Origin: an uncultured bacterium
GTDB lineage: Bacteria; Patescibacteriota; Minisyncoccia; Phycocordibacterales; UBA9973
Length of the DNA: 64,000 nucleotides
Assembly: GCA_903869825.1 (NCBI GenBank)
Contig: CAIQAL010000003.1
Coordinates: 3,624-67,623 of the forward strand
Reading direction: 5' to 3'
Shown here: one piece after another, positions 21,813 through 30,837 of the stretch
Numbering within the stretch: the first letter of the stretch is position 1
Layout: the number at the start of each line of letters is the position of its first letter
Translations under genes and position numbers: made by a program
The notes under the pieces: generated by a model
The model's input: only the letters and a program-made list of their open reading frames with translations
What the model was told of the DNA's origin: nothing
Databases searched by the model: none

Positions 21813-22907
21813 ATGAGTATATTAATTTTTTTTGTAATTTTATTAGTGTTGGTTTTAGTACACGAAGCTGGACATTTTTCAACAGCAAAATTTTTCGGGA
21901 TTCGAGTAGATGAATTTGGTTTTGGTTTTCCGCCAAAACTTTTTGGAATAAAAAAAGGAGAAACAGAATATTCTATCAACGCATTACCTTTTGGAGGATT
22001 TGTGAAAATTTTTGGCGAGAATCCGGATGAAGAAAATACCGTTGGCCCTGATGCAGCCAGAAGTTTTGTGAATAAATCTGCCTGGAAACAAGCGATAGTA
22101 TTATTTGCAGGAATATTGGCCAATTTTTTACTTGCTTGGCTTTTCTTTTCGTTTGGTTTTATGTCTGGATTGCCAACTTCCGTCGGGAGCGAGCCAAAAG
22201 GCTCTGCTTTGCAAGATGTTCACTTGGTAGTTGTTTCAACGGAAACAAAATCTCCTGCCGAAATTGCAGGATTAAAATCTGGTGACAGAATTGTCTTGGT
22301 TACTTCCGGGATAGATTCGATTCCGGATATTAATCCAGACACTTTGAAGTCGTTTGTTCTTGCTCACCCTAAAAATGAAATTGATATTGGTTATACCCGT
22401 GGCTTGGATAAAAATATTTATACCGCAAAAATGAATCCGGAAATTACGAACGGACTGCCGATAGTTGGAATTTCAATGGACGAGGTGGGGATAGCAAAAT
22501 TGTCAATTTTTGGCTCCCTTTGGGAAGGAATGAAGTTGGACCTATATGTTACCAAAAGTACTGTTGTAGGGCTTTATACGCTTATTGTTCAATCTATTCA
22601 CGGCAAAGCAAACCTTTCTGAAGTGTCCGGACCAGTTGGTTTAGTGGGAATAGTTGGGGATGCCTATCATTTTGGTTTTTCATATCTTTTGTCGCTTGCT
22701 GGGCTTATTTCGGTAAACTTGGCAATAATCAACCTGGTACCTTTTCCGGCACTTGATGGAGGTAGAATACTCTTTGTCTTGATTGAAAAAATTAAAGGTT
22801 CTAGAATAAATCCCAAAATTGCCAATGCAGTAAACATGGTTGGCTTCGGACTTCTGATCGTTCTTATGCTTCTCGTGACCTATCACGACATAATAAAATT
22901 GTTCTAA
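21813..22907 (+). CDS. rseP: RIP metalloprotease RseP (site-2 protease with PDZ domain)
   Basis: HEAGH, PFGGFVK, SPA..AGL..GD, NLVPFPALDGG. Confidence 0.93.
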   Translation: MSILIFFVILLVLVLVHEAGHFSTAKFFGIRVDEFGFGFPPKLFGIKKGETEYSINALPFGGFVKIFGENPDEENTVGPDAARSFVNKSAWKQAIVLFAGILANFLLAWLFFSFGFMSGLPTSVGSEPKGSALQDVHLVVVSTETKSPAEIAGLKSGDRIVLVTSGIDSIPDINPDTLKSFVLAHPKNEIDIGYTRGLDKNIYTAKMNPEITNGLPIVGISMDEVGIAKLSIFGSLWEGMKLDLYVTKSTVVGLYTLIVQSIHGKANLSEVSGPVGLVGIVGDAYHFGFSYLLSLAGLISVNLAIINLVPFPALDGGRILFVLIEKIKGSRINPKIANAVNMVGFGLLIVLMLLVTYHDIIKLF

Positions 22908-22917
22908 CCTCTTTTTT

Positions 22918-24618
22918 ATGGAGACGAAAACCTGTCAAAACTGTAAAAAGGATTTTGTTATAGAAAAAGAAGATTTTAACTTTTACGAAAAAATAAAAGT
23001 CCCGCCTCCAACTTTTTGTCCGGAATGTCGGTTGGTCAGACGTTTTGCCAGTACCAATGAAAGAGTTTTATATAAACGGAAGTGTGATTTTTCTGGGCAA
23101 AATATTTTTTCAATGTATCCAGATGGAACAAAGTTTCCCGTTTATGATAAAGATATTTGGTATTCTGACAAGTGGGATCCATATCAATATGGAATAGACT
23201 ATGATTTTTCAAAATCATTTTTTGATCAGTTTTCCGAATTACAAAATAAAGTTCCAAGAATGGCTTTAGTGAAGCAGAGAATGTCAGTAAATAGTCCTTA
23301 TACCCACCGAGTAGATGATATGAAAAATTCGTATATGGTTTTTCGTACTACCAGGGGTACTGATTCACTTTATACTTATATTGGTAAAGATATTTTGAAT
23401 TGCGTGGATTGTTTTGAAATATCTCAATGCGAACTTTGTTATGAATGCATTGATTGCGATAATTGCTATAAGACAAGATTTTCTCAGGAGAGCAAAGAGT
23501 GCCGTGATTGCTTCTTTACGTATGGTTGTCGCAATTGTTCCGACTGCGTCGGTTGTGTAAACCTAATCAATCAGCAATATTCAATTTTTAATCAAAAATA
23601 TGAGAAAGGAGAGTATCTAAAGAAAATAGCACAGCTTAAATTGAATTCTTTATCGGGGTTAGAAAATATGAAGCAACTATTTGACGAATTTAGAAAGAAA
23701 TTTCCTCAACGAGCAGTGATTTCAAGTAAAACAGAAGACGTGTCGGGCAATTGGTTTACAAATTGCAAAAACGTCAAGAATTCTTTCTGGTGTATGAACG
23801 TAAGGGATGGAAAATACTTGTTTGCTATTTTTGATGCGCAAGATTGTATGGATTATTTCCAATGGGGAAATTCCTGTGAGCAGGTTTATGAATCAGAAAA
23901 TGTGGGATTAAATTCTTCCAGAATTTTCTTTTGTTCTCAGTGTTGGATGGGAGCACATGACTTATATTATTGTCATTCTTGCCCTAGCTCAAGTAATTGT
24001 TTTGGATGTATTGGTCTTAAGAAGGGAGAATATTCAATTTTTAATAAAAAATACAGCAAAGAAGAATACGAAGCGATAAAAGCTAAAATCATTGAACAAA
24101 TGAAGGAAATCCCATATATTGATGAAAAAGGTATTGAATACAGATATGGAGAGCATTTTCCAAATGCTTTATCGGACTTTGCGTACAATGAAACGGGGGC
24201 AGCTGACTTTTTTCCTTTAACTAAAGAAGAAGTAATAAAAAACGGGTACAGATGGAAAGAAAGAGATAAGAAAAACTATAATGTGACAGTAGAGTGCTCT
24301 AGTTTACCCGAAACAATAAAAGAAGTGGAGGACTCAATTTTAAATGAAGTTATCGGGTGTGCTGAAAAAGATAGCCAATATTCCGTTGGAGCGTTTCGGA
24401 TTACGAAAGATGAATTGTCTTTTTACCGAAGAATGGACCTTCCAATCCCTAAAGTATGTTTTGATGTCCGACACACGCGTCGTCTTTTAAAACGCCCAAT
24501 GCCAAAATTGCAAAAAAGAAATTGTTCTAAATGTAATTTGGGAGTTGAAACCATTTATACCGAATTCTATGCTCCTATTTTATATTGCGATAATTGTTAT
24601 AAAAAAGAGGTCTTTTAA
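22918..24618 (+). CDS. Cys-rich hypothetical protein (Zn-ribbon ends, CxxCxxCxxC repeats)
   Basis: CQNC..PPPTFCPECR N-terminus, internal C(x2)C repeats, C-terminal CxxC pairs. Confidence 0.8.
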   Translation: METKTCQNCKKDFVIEKEDFNFYEKIKVPPPTFCPECRLVRRFASTNERVLYKRKCDFSGQNIFSMYPDGTKFPVYDKDIWYSDKWDPYQYGIDYDFSKSFFDQFSELQNKVPRMALVKQRMSVNSPYTHRVDDMKNSYMVFRTTRGTDSLYTYIGKDILNCVDCFEISQCELCYECIDCDNCYKTRFSQESKECRDCFFTYGCRNCSDCVGCVNLINQQYSIFNQKYEKGEYLKKIAQLKLNSLSGLENMKQLFDEFRKKFPQRAVISSKTEDVSGNWFTNCKNVKNSFWCMNVRDGKYLFAIFDAQDCMDYFQWGNSCEQVYESENVGLNSSRIFFCSQCWMGAHDLYYCHSCPSSSNCFGCIGLKKGEYSIFNKKYSKEEYEAIKAKIIEQMKEIPYIDEKGIEYRYGEHFPNALSDFAYNETGAADFFPLTKEEVIKNGYRWKERDKKNYNVTVECSSLPETIKEVEDSILNEVIGCAEKDSQYSVGAFRITKDELSFYRRMDLPIPKVCFDVRHTRRLLKRPMPKLQKRNCSKCNLGVETIYTEFYAPILYCDNCYKKEVF

Positions 24619-24619
24619 C

Positions 24620-25348
24620 ATGAAAACAAAATTATTACACGAGGTACGAGCGGTAAAAAGTAAAAAGGAATTGGCAAATATCATTAAAGCGCAAAGAATA
24701 AGTGAGCGGGTTTTGGCTGATGCCTTGAAAGAGCTTCGACTGGGGGTGAGTGAAATCGAAATTGATAATTTTATTAAAAAATCTTTTGTGAAATATGGTG
24801 CTCCGATATTGTCTTTTTCACCAATTGTTTCTTTTGGTAAAAACACTGCCAATATTCATCACGTGCCCGGAAAAAGTGAATTAAAAATAGGGAACGCAAT
24901 AATGTTTGATATTGGCTGCACAGTAAACCACTATTGTTCCGACATGAGCCGCACATATTTTTTTGGAAAGCCTACCAAAAAGCAAGAAAAAATATATTTA
25001 GCAGTGTTGGAGGTACAAGAAAGAGTATTAAATAAGATAAAGAAAGGAGAAAGAAGGGCAAAGGTGCTTGATAAGACAGCAAGAGATTTTTTAACAAAAA
25101 GATTTGGGAAAAATAGTTTTTCTCATGGACTTGGACATGGAGTAGGCACAGTAATTCACGAATGGCCAAACTTGAAACCTAAAAGTGAAGATATATTGCC
25201 GGTCGGATGTGTAGTGACAGTAGAACCAGGACTCTATTTGAAAAATTTTGGTGGAGTTCGGATAGAAGATGTGATTTTAATCACAAAAGACGGCTATAAA
25301 AATCTGACTAATATTTCAAAAAACATTGAGAGTGCTATTTTAAAATAA
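24620..25348 (+). CDS. M24 family Xaa-Pro aminopeptidase (catalytic domain only)
   Basis: FDIG..YCSDMSRT, HGLGHGVG..IHE, TVEPGLY, GVRIED. Confidence 0.92.
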   Translation: MKTKLLHEVRAVKSKKELANIIKAQRISERVLADALKELRLGVSEIEIDNFIKKSFVKYGAPILSFSPIVSFGKNTANIHHVPGKSELKIGNAIMFDIGCTVNHYCSDMSRTYFFGKPTKKQEKIYLAVLEVQERVLNKIKKGERRAKVLDKTARDFLTKRFGKNSFSHGLGHGVGTVIHEWPNLKPKSEDILPVGCVVTVEPGLYLKNFGGVRIEDVILITKDGYKNLTNISKNIESAILK

Positions 25349-25454
25349 ATATTATTTTTTGCAAAAATTTTTGAGTTATGCACCTCTCTCTTGACTTTTT
25401 TAAAATACCCTATAACATAAGGTTATGTTAGCTTTAATTTTTTGCAAAATATAA

Positions 25455-27809
25455 ATGAAAATAGCGCTTTTAACTGGAGGACCATCATTAGAACGAGGAA
25501 TATCGCTTAATTCGGCGAGGTCTTTGCTTGATCATTTGGAAGATAAAAATGTCGAAATTGTTCCAGTTTATTTTAATTCTAGAAAAAAGGCTTATAAAAT
25601 TTCTCGAGCCCAATTATATTCCAATAACCCTTCTGATTTTGATTTTAAGCTCGCAAAAAATTCTAAAACCTTAAGCACAAAAGCATTGATAAAATTTTTG
25701 AAATCGGTGGATATTGTTTTTCCTGCAATGCATGGACCGTTTGGCGAAGACGGACAAATTCAGTCTTTCTTGGAACATAATAAGATACCATTTGTTGGTT
25801 CCAGTAGTGCATCTTGTAAGTTGGCCTTTGATAAATATGAAGCTAACAAAAATATCAGTGAGAAAGGTTTCTATACTTTACCTTCTGCTTTGCTTAAAAT
25901 TTATTCTAAAAATAACGAGAAAATTATCAAAGATTTTTTTATTAAAAATAAAGTAAAAAGAGCCATTGTCAAACCAGCTAGTGGCGGTTCGAGTATCGGA
26001 GTCTTTTCGGTAAATTCACCCAAAGAGGCGCTTGAGAAAGCGAACGTTATTTTTTCAAAAAGAATGGACACGAGAGTAGTATTAGAGCCATTTGCTAAAG
26101 GAAAAGAATTCACTGTTATAATTTTACAAAATAAACTTGGAATGCCTGTTGCTATTGTGCCTTCGGAAATCGAAATGACTTACCACGAAGGAAGAATTTT
26201 TGATTTTCGTAGAAAATATTTACCTACCAACCAAGTGCAATATCATTGTCCTCCTAGATTTTCGATTGAAACAATAAAAGAAATTCAAACCGAAGCAGAA
26301 CAATTATTTTCACTTTTCAAAATGAATGATTTTGCCCGTTTTGATGGATGGATTTTGCCTGATGGAAAAATTTGGTTTTCCGATTTTAATACGGTATCCG
26401 GTATGGAACAGAATAGTTTTCTTTTCCAACAAGCTTCACTTCTCGGAATGAGTCATCAGGACTTATTGTTCTATATTGTAAAAAATTCTTGTGCCCGACA
26501 AAAAATTGAATTTCCTTCAATTGTCAATAAAAACAAAAAAAGAAAACCAATATCAGTTATTTTTGGCGGACATACTTCAGAACGGCAAGTATCCCTCATG
26601 AGTGGTACGAATGTCTGGCTTAAGCTCCGAAAGTCCGAATTCTATGAGCCAAAACCATTCTTACTTGATTTTGATAACAACGTTTGGGAATTACCTTATT
26701 CAATGATATTAAATCATACTGTGGAAGAAATAATAATTAACGCTAAAAATGCCAAAGCAAACAGAGCGCGGACCGAAAATCTAATAAATTCCGTTATTAC
26801 AAAGCTTATGTTAAGTCCAAGCGAAATTACTGAGCCATTTTTTATTCCTAGGAAGATGTCTTTTGAAGAATTTGCCAATGAATCTAAATTTGTTTTTCTT
26901 GGACTTCATGGAGGAGATGGAGAAAATGGTATCATCCAGAAAATTTTAATCGACAAAAAGATTAAATATAATGGCTCGGATGAAACAACATCAAAACTGT
27001 GTATGGATAAATTTGAAGCTGGAGAACTCATTCGAGGAATTAAAATCAAAGATATCGGAATTGCTCCCCAAAAAATAGTAAATCTGACGGAGATAAAACA
27101 AGCTGAAATAAAAAAACTTTGGAAAGAACTTAAAACAGATTTTTTAGCCGAAACCTTGATCGTAAAACCTCGAGAAGATGGTTGTTCTACTGGCGTGGCT
27201 CATTTGTTTCGAGAAAAAGATCTTGAAAATTATATTAGTTATGCTAAAAGCGGTAAAAAATTTATTCCCATTAGTGTTTTAAAAAATCAAAACACTATAA
27301 TTGAAATGCCAGATCCAAAAGTCTCTGAACTACTTTTTGAAAAATTTATTGAAACTGATTCTGTGAGTTCAAAAGGAAATAAATTGAAACACTTAAAAAA
27401 AAGTGGTTGGGTAGAAATAACTATAGGAATTTTAGAAAAGAACAGAAAAATGCACGCCTTAAACCCAAGTATTACTATTTCCGAAGGGGAGGTGTTGTCT
27501 TTGGAAGAAAAGTTCCAGGGTGGCACAGGGATAAATTTGACTCCACCGCCGGAAGAAATTATTAAGCCAAAGATTGTCCAAAAGTCTAAAGAGCTAGTCG
27601 AAATGTTAGCGAAAGAATTAAGAATAAAGGATTATGCGAGAATCGATGCCTTTATGAATATCTACACCGGGTCTCTTTTGATTATCGAAATAAATACACT
27701 GCCAGGGCTTACCCCTTCAACTGTGCTATATCATCAGGCTCTAGCTGAGAATCCCAAGATCTTTCCCAAAGAATTGCTTGAGAATATAATTAAAACAAGT
27801 GGCTACTAA
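25455..27809 (+). CDS. ddl: D-alanine--D-alanine ligase family protein with two tandem Ddl domains
   Basis: GGPSLERGISL..HGPFGEDG..KPASGGSS and a second set GGHTSERQVSL..HGGDGENG..EINTLPGLTP. Confidence 0.88.
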   Translation: MKIALLTGGPSLERGISLNSARSLLDHLEDKNVEIVPVYFNSRKKAYKISRAQLYSNNPSDFDFKLAKNSKTLSTKALIKFLKSVDIVFPAMHGPFGEDGQIQSFLEHNKIPFVGSSSASCKLAFDKYEANKNISEKGFYTLPSALLKIYSKNNEKIIKDFFIKNKVKRAIVKPASGGSSIGVFSVNSPKEALEKANVIFSKRMDTRVVLEPFAKGKEFTVIILQNKLGMPVAIVPSEIEMTYHEGRIFDFRRKYLPTNQVQYHCPPRFSIETIKEIQTEAEQLFSLFKMNDFARFDGWILPDGKIWFSDFNTVSGMEQNSFLFQQASLLGMSHQDLLFYIVKNSCARQKIEFPSIVNKNKKRKPISVIFGGHTSERQVSLMSGTNVWLKLRKSEFYEPKPFLLDFDNNVWELPYSMILNHTVEEIIINAKNAKANRARTENLINSVITKLMLSPSEITEPFFIPRKMSFEEFANESKFVFLGLHGGDGENGIIQKILIDKKIKYNGSDETTSKLCMDKFEAGELIRGIKIKDIGIAPQKIVNLTEIKQAEIKKLWKELKTDFLAETLIVKPREDGCSTGVAHLFREKDLENYISYAKSGKKFIPISVLKNQNTIIEMPDPKVSELLFEKFIETDSVSSKGNKLKHLKKSGWVEITIGILEKNRKMHALNPSITISEGEVLSLEEKFQGGTGINLTPPPEEIIKPKIVQKSKELVEMLAKELRIKDYARIDAFMNIYTGSLLIIEINTLPGLTPSTVLYHQALAENPKIFPKELLENIIKTSGY

Positions 27810-28947
27810 AATCAGGGCTTTACCACTTTCATATATTGAATTATCAAAAAGGAATCTAATCCACAATTTTCAATCGCTTAAAAAAATTTCAAAAAAAGGA
27901 ACAGAAATTGCGGCCGTTATTAAAGGGAATGCGTATGGGCACGGGCTGAACGAAATTGCTAAAATTCTGGAACCAGTGGCTGACTATTTTCAAGTAAATA
28001 GTATTTTGGAGCTTGAAACCCTTCGGAAGCTGAGTGAAAAAAAGACTTTCATTTTGGGTTATGTTGAAAAAAATGATTTAAAGAAAGCGATAAAACTTAG
28101 TTCAATATTGTCGGTCTTTTCTGTCGAACAATTAAAGGAAATTGAAAAGGTTGCAAGCAAATTAAAAATTAAACAGGAAATTCATATGCCGATTGATGCG
28201 TATTTAGGGAGAGAAGGGTTCCCTGAGTCTGAGTGGCAAGAATTTTTTAATGAAATAAAAAAGTGCCCCAGTATTAAATTAGGAGGGATTTATGCTCACT
28301 TTGCAAACATTGAAGACACCAACGATTTTTCTCATGCACAAAAACAAATTGATAAACATTTGGAAGCTATCCGATTGGCTGAAAGATGTGGACTAAAAAA
28401 ATTACAAAACCATATTTCGGCTACTTCGGGTTTATTAGTATACGAAAAAGGGAAAGGAATAAATTCTGTTGTCCGTTTGGGCATTGGGATATATGGACTC
28501 TGGCCTTCTGATCATATTAAAAATTTGTACAAAAATAAGCTGAAATTAAGACCGGTTTTGTCCTGGAAAACGAAAGTTGCCCAGATAAAAATATTGCCTG
28601 GTGGACATCCAATTGGTTATGGCCTTACGTACCTTACGGCATCACTTACGAAAATTGCTATTATCCCGCTTGGTTATGCCGATGGTTTTGATCGACGATT
28701 TTCAAATAACGGAGAAGTGTTGATAGGGGGGACCAGATGTAAAATTTTGGGACGAGTAGCGATGAATATGTTTGTGGTGGATGTGAATCACTTAAAAAAT
28801 ATAAGGATTGAAGACGAAGTAGTTTTGCTAGGTGTTCAAGGGAAAGAAGAAATATCTGCCGAGAGTCTGGCTCTTAAAATTGACACCATAAATTACGAGG
28901 TGGTTACTCGCTTGAGTTCAATTTTGCCAAGGGTGGTTGTTAAATAA
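27799..28947 (+). CDS. alr: Alanine racemase
   Basis: AVIKGNAYGHG (PLP lysine), IGYG, GYADG, GRVAMN, INYEV. Confidence 0.95.
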   Translation: MATKIRALPLSYIELSKRNLIHNFQSLKKISKKGTEIAAVIKGNAYGHGLNEIAKILEPVADYFQVNSILELETLRKLSEKKTFILGYVEKNDLKKAIKLSSILSVFSVEQLKEIEKVASKLKIKQEIHMPIDAYLGREGFPESEWQEFFNEIKKCPSIKLGGIYAHFANIEDTNDFSHAQKQIDKHLEAIRLAERCGLKKLQNHISATSGLLVYEKGKGINSVVRLGIGIYGLWPSDHIKNLYKNKLKLRPVLSWKTKVAQIKILPGGHPIGYGLTYLTASLTKIAIIPLGYADGFDRRFSNNGEVLIGGTRCKILGRVAMNMFVVDVNHLKNIRIEDEVVLLGVQGKEEISAESLALKIDTINYEVVTRLSSILPRVVVK

Positions 28948-28996
28948 CAAATTTTGTTAGGTTGCATTTTTATGAATTTTATATTAAAGTAAGAAT

Positions 28997-29155
28997 ATGT
29001 CACAAGATAGACTTATAAAGCTTAGTTGCACAACCTGTAAGAGAATCAATTATTGGTCAAGTAAAAATAAAAAACTCGTTACTAAAAAAATCGAGCTTAA
29101 AAAGTACTGCAGATGGTGCAAGAAGATTACCAAGCACAAGGAAGTTAAAAAATAA
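28997..29155 (+). CDS. rpmG: 50S ribosomal protein L33 (Zn-binding form); not in the ORF track
   Basis: MSQDRLIKLSCTTCKRINYWSSKNKKLVTKKIELKKYCRWCKKITKHKEVKK. Confidence 0.95.
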   Translation: MSQDRLIKLSCTTCKRINYWSSKNKKLVTKKIELKKYCRWCKKITKHKEVKK

Positions 29156-29189
29156 TTTAGTTTCTATTTTTGTTGTGTTATAATTAATA

Positions 29190-29311
29190 AGCGGTAAGTG
29201 TTTACTGCTAGTTCTTTCTACATGTGGATCCGTCCTTAAAAACGAGATCCAAGGAAGTACAAAATCTTTCTAATTTTTTGTATTTCTGTGTCCCGACTTC
29301 GGTCGGGATAT
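29190..29311 (+). other. Four consecutive hairpins between a promoter and tRNA-Trp
   Basis: TGtTATAAT at 29176-29184; hairpins at 29190-29209, 29225-29251, 29253-29287 and 29288-29311 (cUUCGg loop). Confidence 0.6.
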
Positions 29312-29382
29312 GGGCGATTAGTTTAGTGGTAGAACGAAGGTCTCCAAAACCTTTGGCGGGGGTCCGATTCCCTCATCGCCCG
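29312..29382 (+). tRNA. tRNA-Trp (CCA)
   Basis: Acceptor stem GGGCGAT/ATCGCCC; anticodon arm AAGGT-CTCCAAA-ACCTT; T arm GGGGG-TCCGATT-CCCTC; CCA end not encoded. Confidence 0.95.
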
Positions 29383-29442
29383 CTGTACTTGAATTATTTT
29401 CTAATTATGTTATTATGCGAATAATTAAAGTTTTTTGAAATA

Positions 29443-29518
29443 TAGGTTTTGGCTAGTATTGGTTTATTTATCCCAGTTTCATTATAGAGTTTGGGGTAAA
29501 TAAATCAGTATTAACCTA
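29443..29518 (+). other. Long hairpin with multiple G-U pairs in the 5' region of the hyp-upp pair
   Basis: TAGTATTGGTTTATTTATCCCAG pairs with TTGGGGTAAATAAATCAGTATTA (23 bp, five G-U). Confidence 0.6.
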
Positions 29519-29530
29519 ATAATTAATCGT

Positions 29531-29851
29531 ATGAAAAAGAAACCTATCACTGAATTCATGGATTTTATTTCTCTTTTAGAAGAGCAAAAAAACGGAGAGT
29601 TTGAATTTCCTAAACTTGAGCACGTCATTCTTTCTCTCTGTATGTCGGACAATATGGAAATAAATGATACTGTTATTCCCGTCGGAACAGGAGAATTTGT
29701 TGCGTTAATAAGTTATAATATTTTTCCTGACGAAATGGAATTTGTAAACAAAATTGGTAATTTTGTTGTGGTTATAATGGAGATAGCTCACCTCAACAGG
29801 GTTTTTGTTACCAGACGTCCATTAATTACTTGGACAATACCGAAAAAATAA
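29531..29851 (+). CDS. Hypothetical protein
   Basis: 106-aa ATG ORF, co-oriented with upp. Confidence 0.6.
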   Translation: MKKKPITEFMDFISLLEEQKNGEFEFPKLEHVILSLCMSDNMEINDTVIPVGTGEFVALISYNIFPDEMEFVNKIGNFVVVIMEIAHLNRVFVTRRPLITWTIPKK

Positions 29852-29897
29852 AGCAAAAATAATACACGATAATTGTTAAACCTTATTAGATCTGATT

Positions 29898-30536
29898 ATG
29901 GAAAATATATTAATTGTTGATCATCCTTTGGTTCAACATAAGTTGTCAATTCTAAGGGATGAAAACACCAAACCTCAATTATTTAGGATTTTGGTAAAAG
30001 AGATTACAACCATTATTGGCTATGAAGCAACTAAGGACTTGCTTCTTGTTGATAGGCAGGTTAAAACTCCACTCGCAATTGCTGATACAAAAAGATTGTC
30101 TAGCATTCCTTTTATTGTTCCAATCATTCGTGCTGGTATTAGCATGTTAGATCCAATGCTTGAGCTACTTCCAACTGCAAGTGTTGGTTTTATTGGGTTG
30201 GTTCGTGAAGAAGGAAAAGGCGATGGAGTAGTGAAAGTTAAACAGTATTACATCAAGCTCCCTGTTGATGCCAACTTAAGAGATGCAATCATAGTTGACC
30301 CTATGCTTGCAACAGCAACTACAGCTTGTATTGCAATAACTGAATTAAAAAAAGCTGGTGTGCAAAAAATCAAGTTGATGTGCATAGTCGCATCAAATGA
30401 TGGAATAAAAAGAGTAACGTCAGAACATCCAGATGTTCAATTATTCTGTGCTGCGATAGACGAACATCTATTGCCAAACAATTACATCTCACCAGGGTTG
30501 GGGGATGCTGGTGATCGTTTGTACAGTATTGAGTGA
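29898..30536 (+). CDS. upp: Uracil phosphoribosyltransferase
   Basis: HPLVQHKL..LRD, VPIIRAG, VDPMLAT, PGLGDAGDRL. Confidence 0.96.
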   Translation: MENILIVDHPLVQHKLSILRDENTKPQLFRILVKEITTIIGYEATKDLLLVDRQVKTPLAIADTKRLSSIPFIVPIIRAGISMLDPMLELLPTASVGFIGLVREEGKGDGVVKVKQYYIKLPVDANLRDAIIVDPMLATATTACIAITELKKAGVQKIKLMCIVASNDGIKRVTSEHPDVQLFCAAIDEHLLPNNYISPGLGDAGDRLYSIE

Positions 30537-30561
30537 TAGAAAATTTAAAATTTGAATTATC

Positions 30562-30594
30562 GAGGTCGTCCAACTTGGAACGGCCTCATTTTTT
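30562..30594 (+). terminator. Intrinsic terminator after upp
   Basis: GAGGTCGTCCAA-ct-TGGAACGGCCTC followed by ATTTTTT. Confidence 0.75.
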
Positions 30595-30837
30595 ATTTCC
30601 CCAGACTATTCAAATCACCAATACTAATTCTAATATGGGGATAGTAATTCAAAAGTTATGAAATCCCAACGCTAAGTCCGCTATAAAAGATTTTGTGTTA
30701 TGAAATTCTTCAGATAGCCTGTAAACCAAAGACAATTTTGGTGTTCCATTAACTATTTCAGTATAGAAAGTTATGTTTTTTATTATTTGCTATAATCAAT
30801 TATGTAATAATTGAAGTTTCTTAACGTCATCACAAAT

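Noticed and set aside
22173-22188. CCAACTTCCGTCGGGA in rseP (PTSVG), 14/16 identical to the UUCG hairpin before tRNA-Trp
   Set aside because: Pairing is broken and no insertion can be shown without alignments; may be coincidence
29224-29424. 66-aa ORF over tRNA-Trp, and the 81-aa ORF 45759-46004 over tRNA-Leu
   Set aside because: Shadow ORFs overlapping clear tRNA genes
30600-30800. About 45 open codons on the minus strand between upp and the next gene
   Set aside because: No start codon and no recognisable motif
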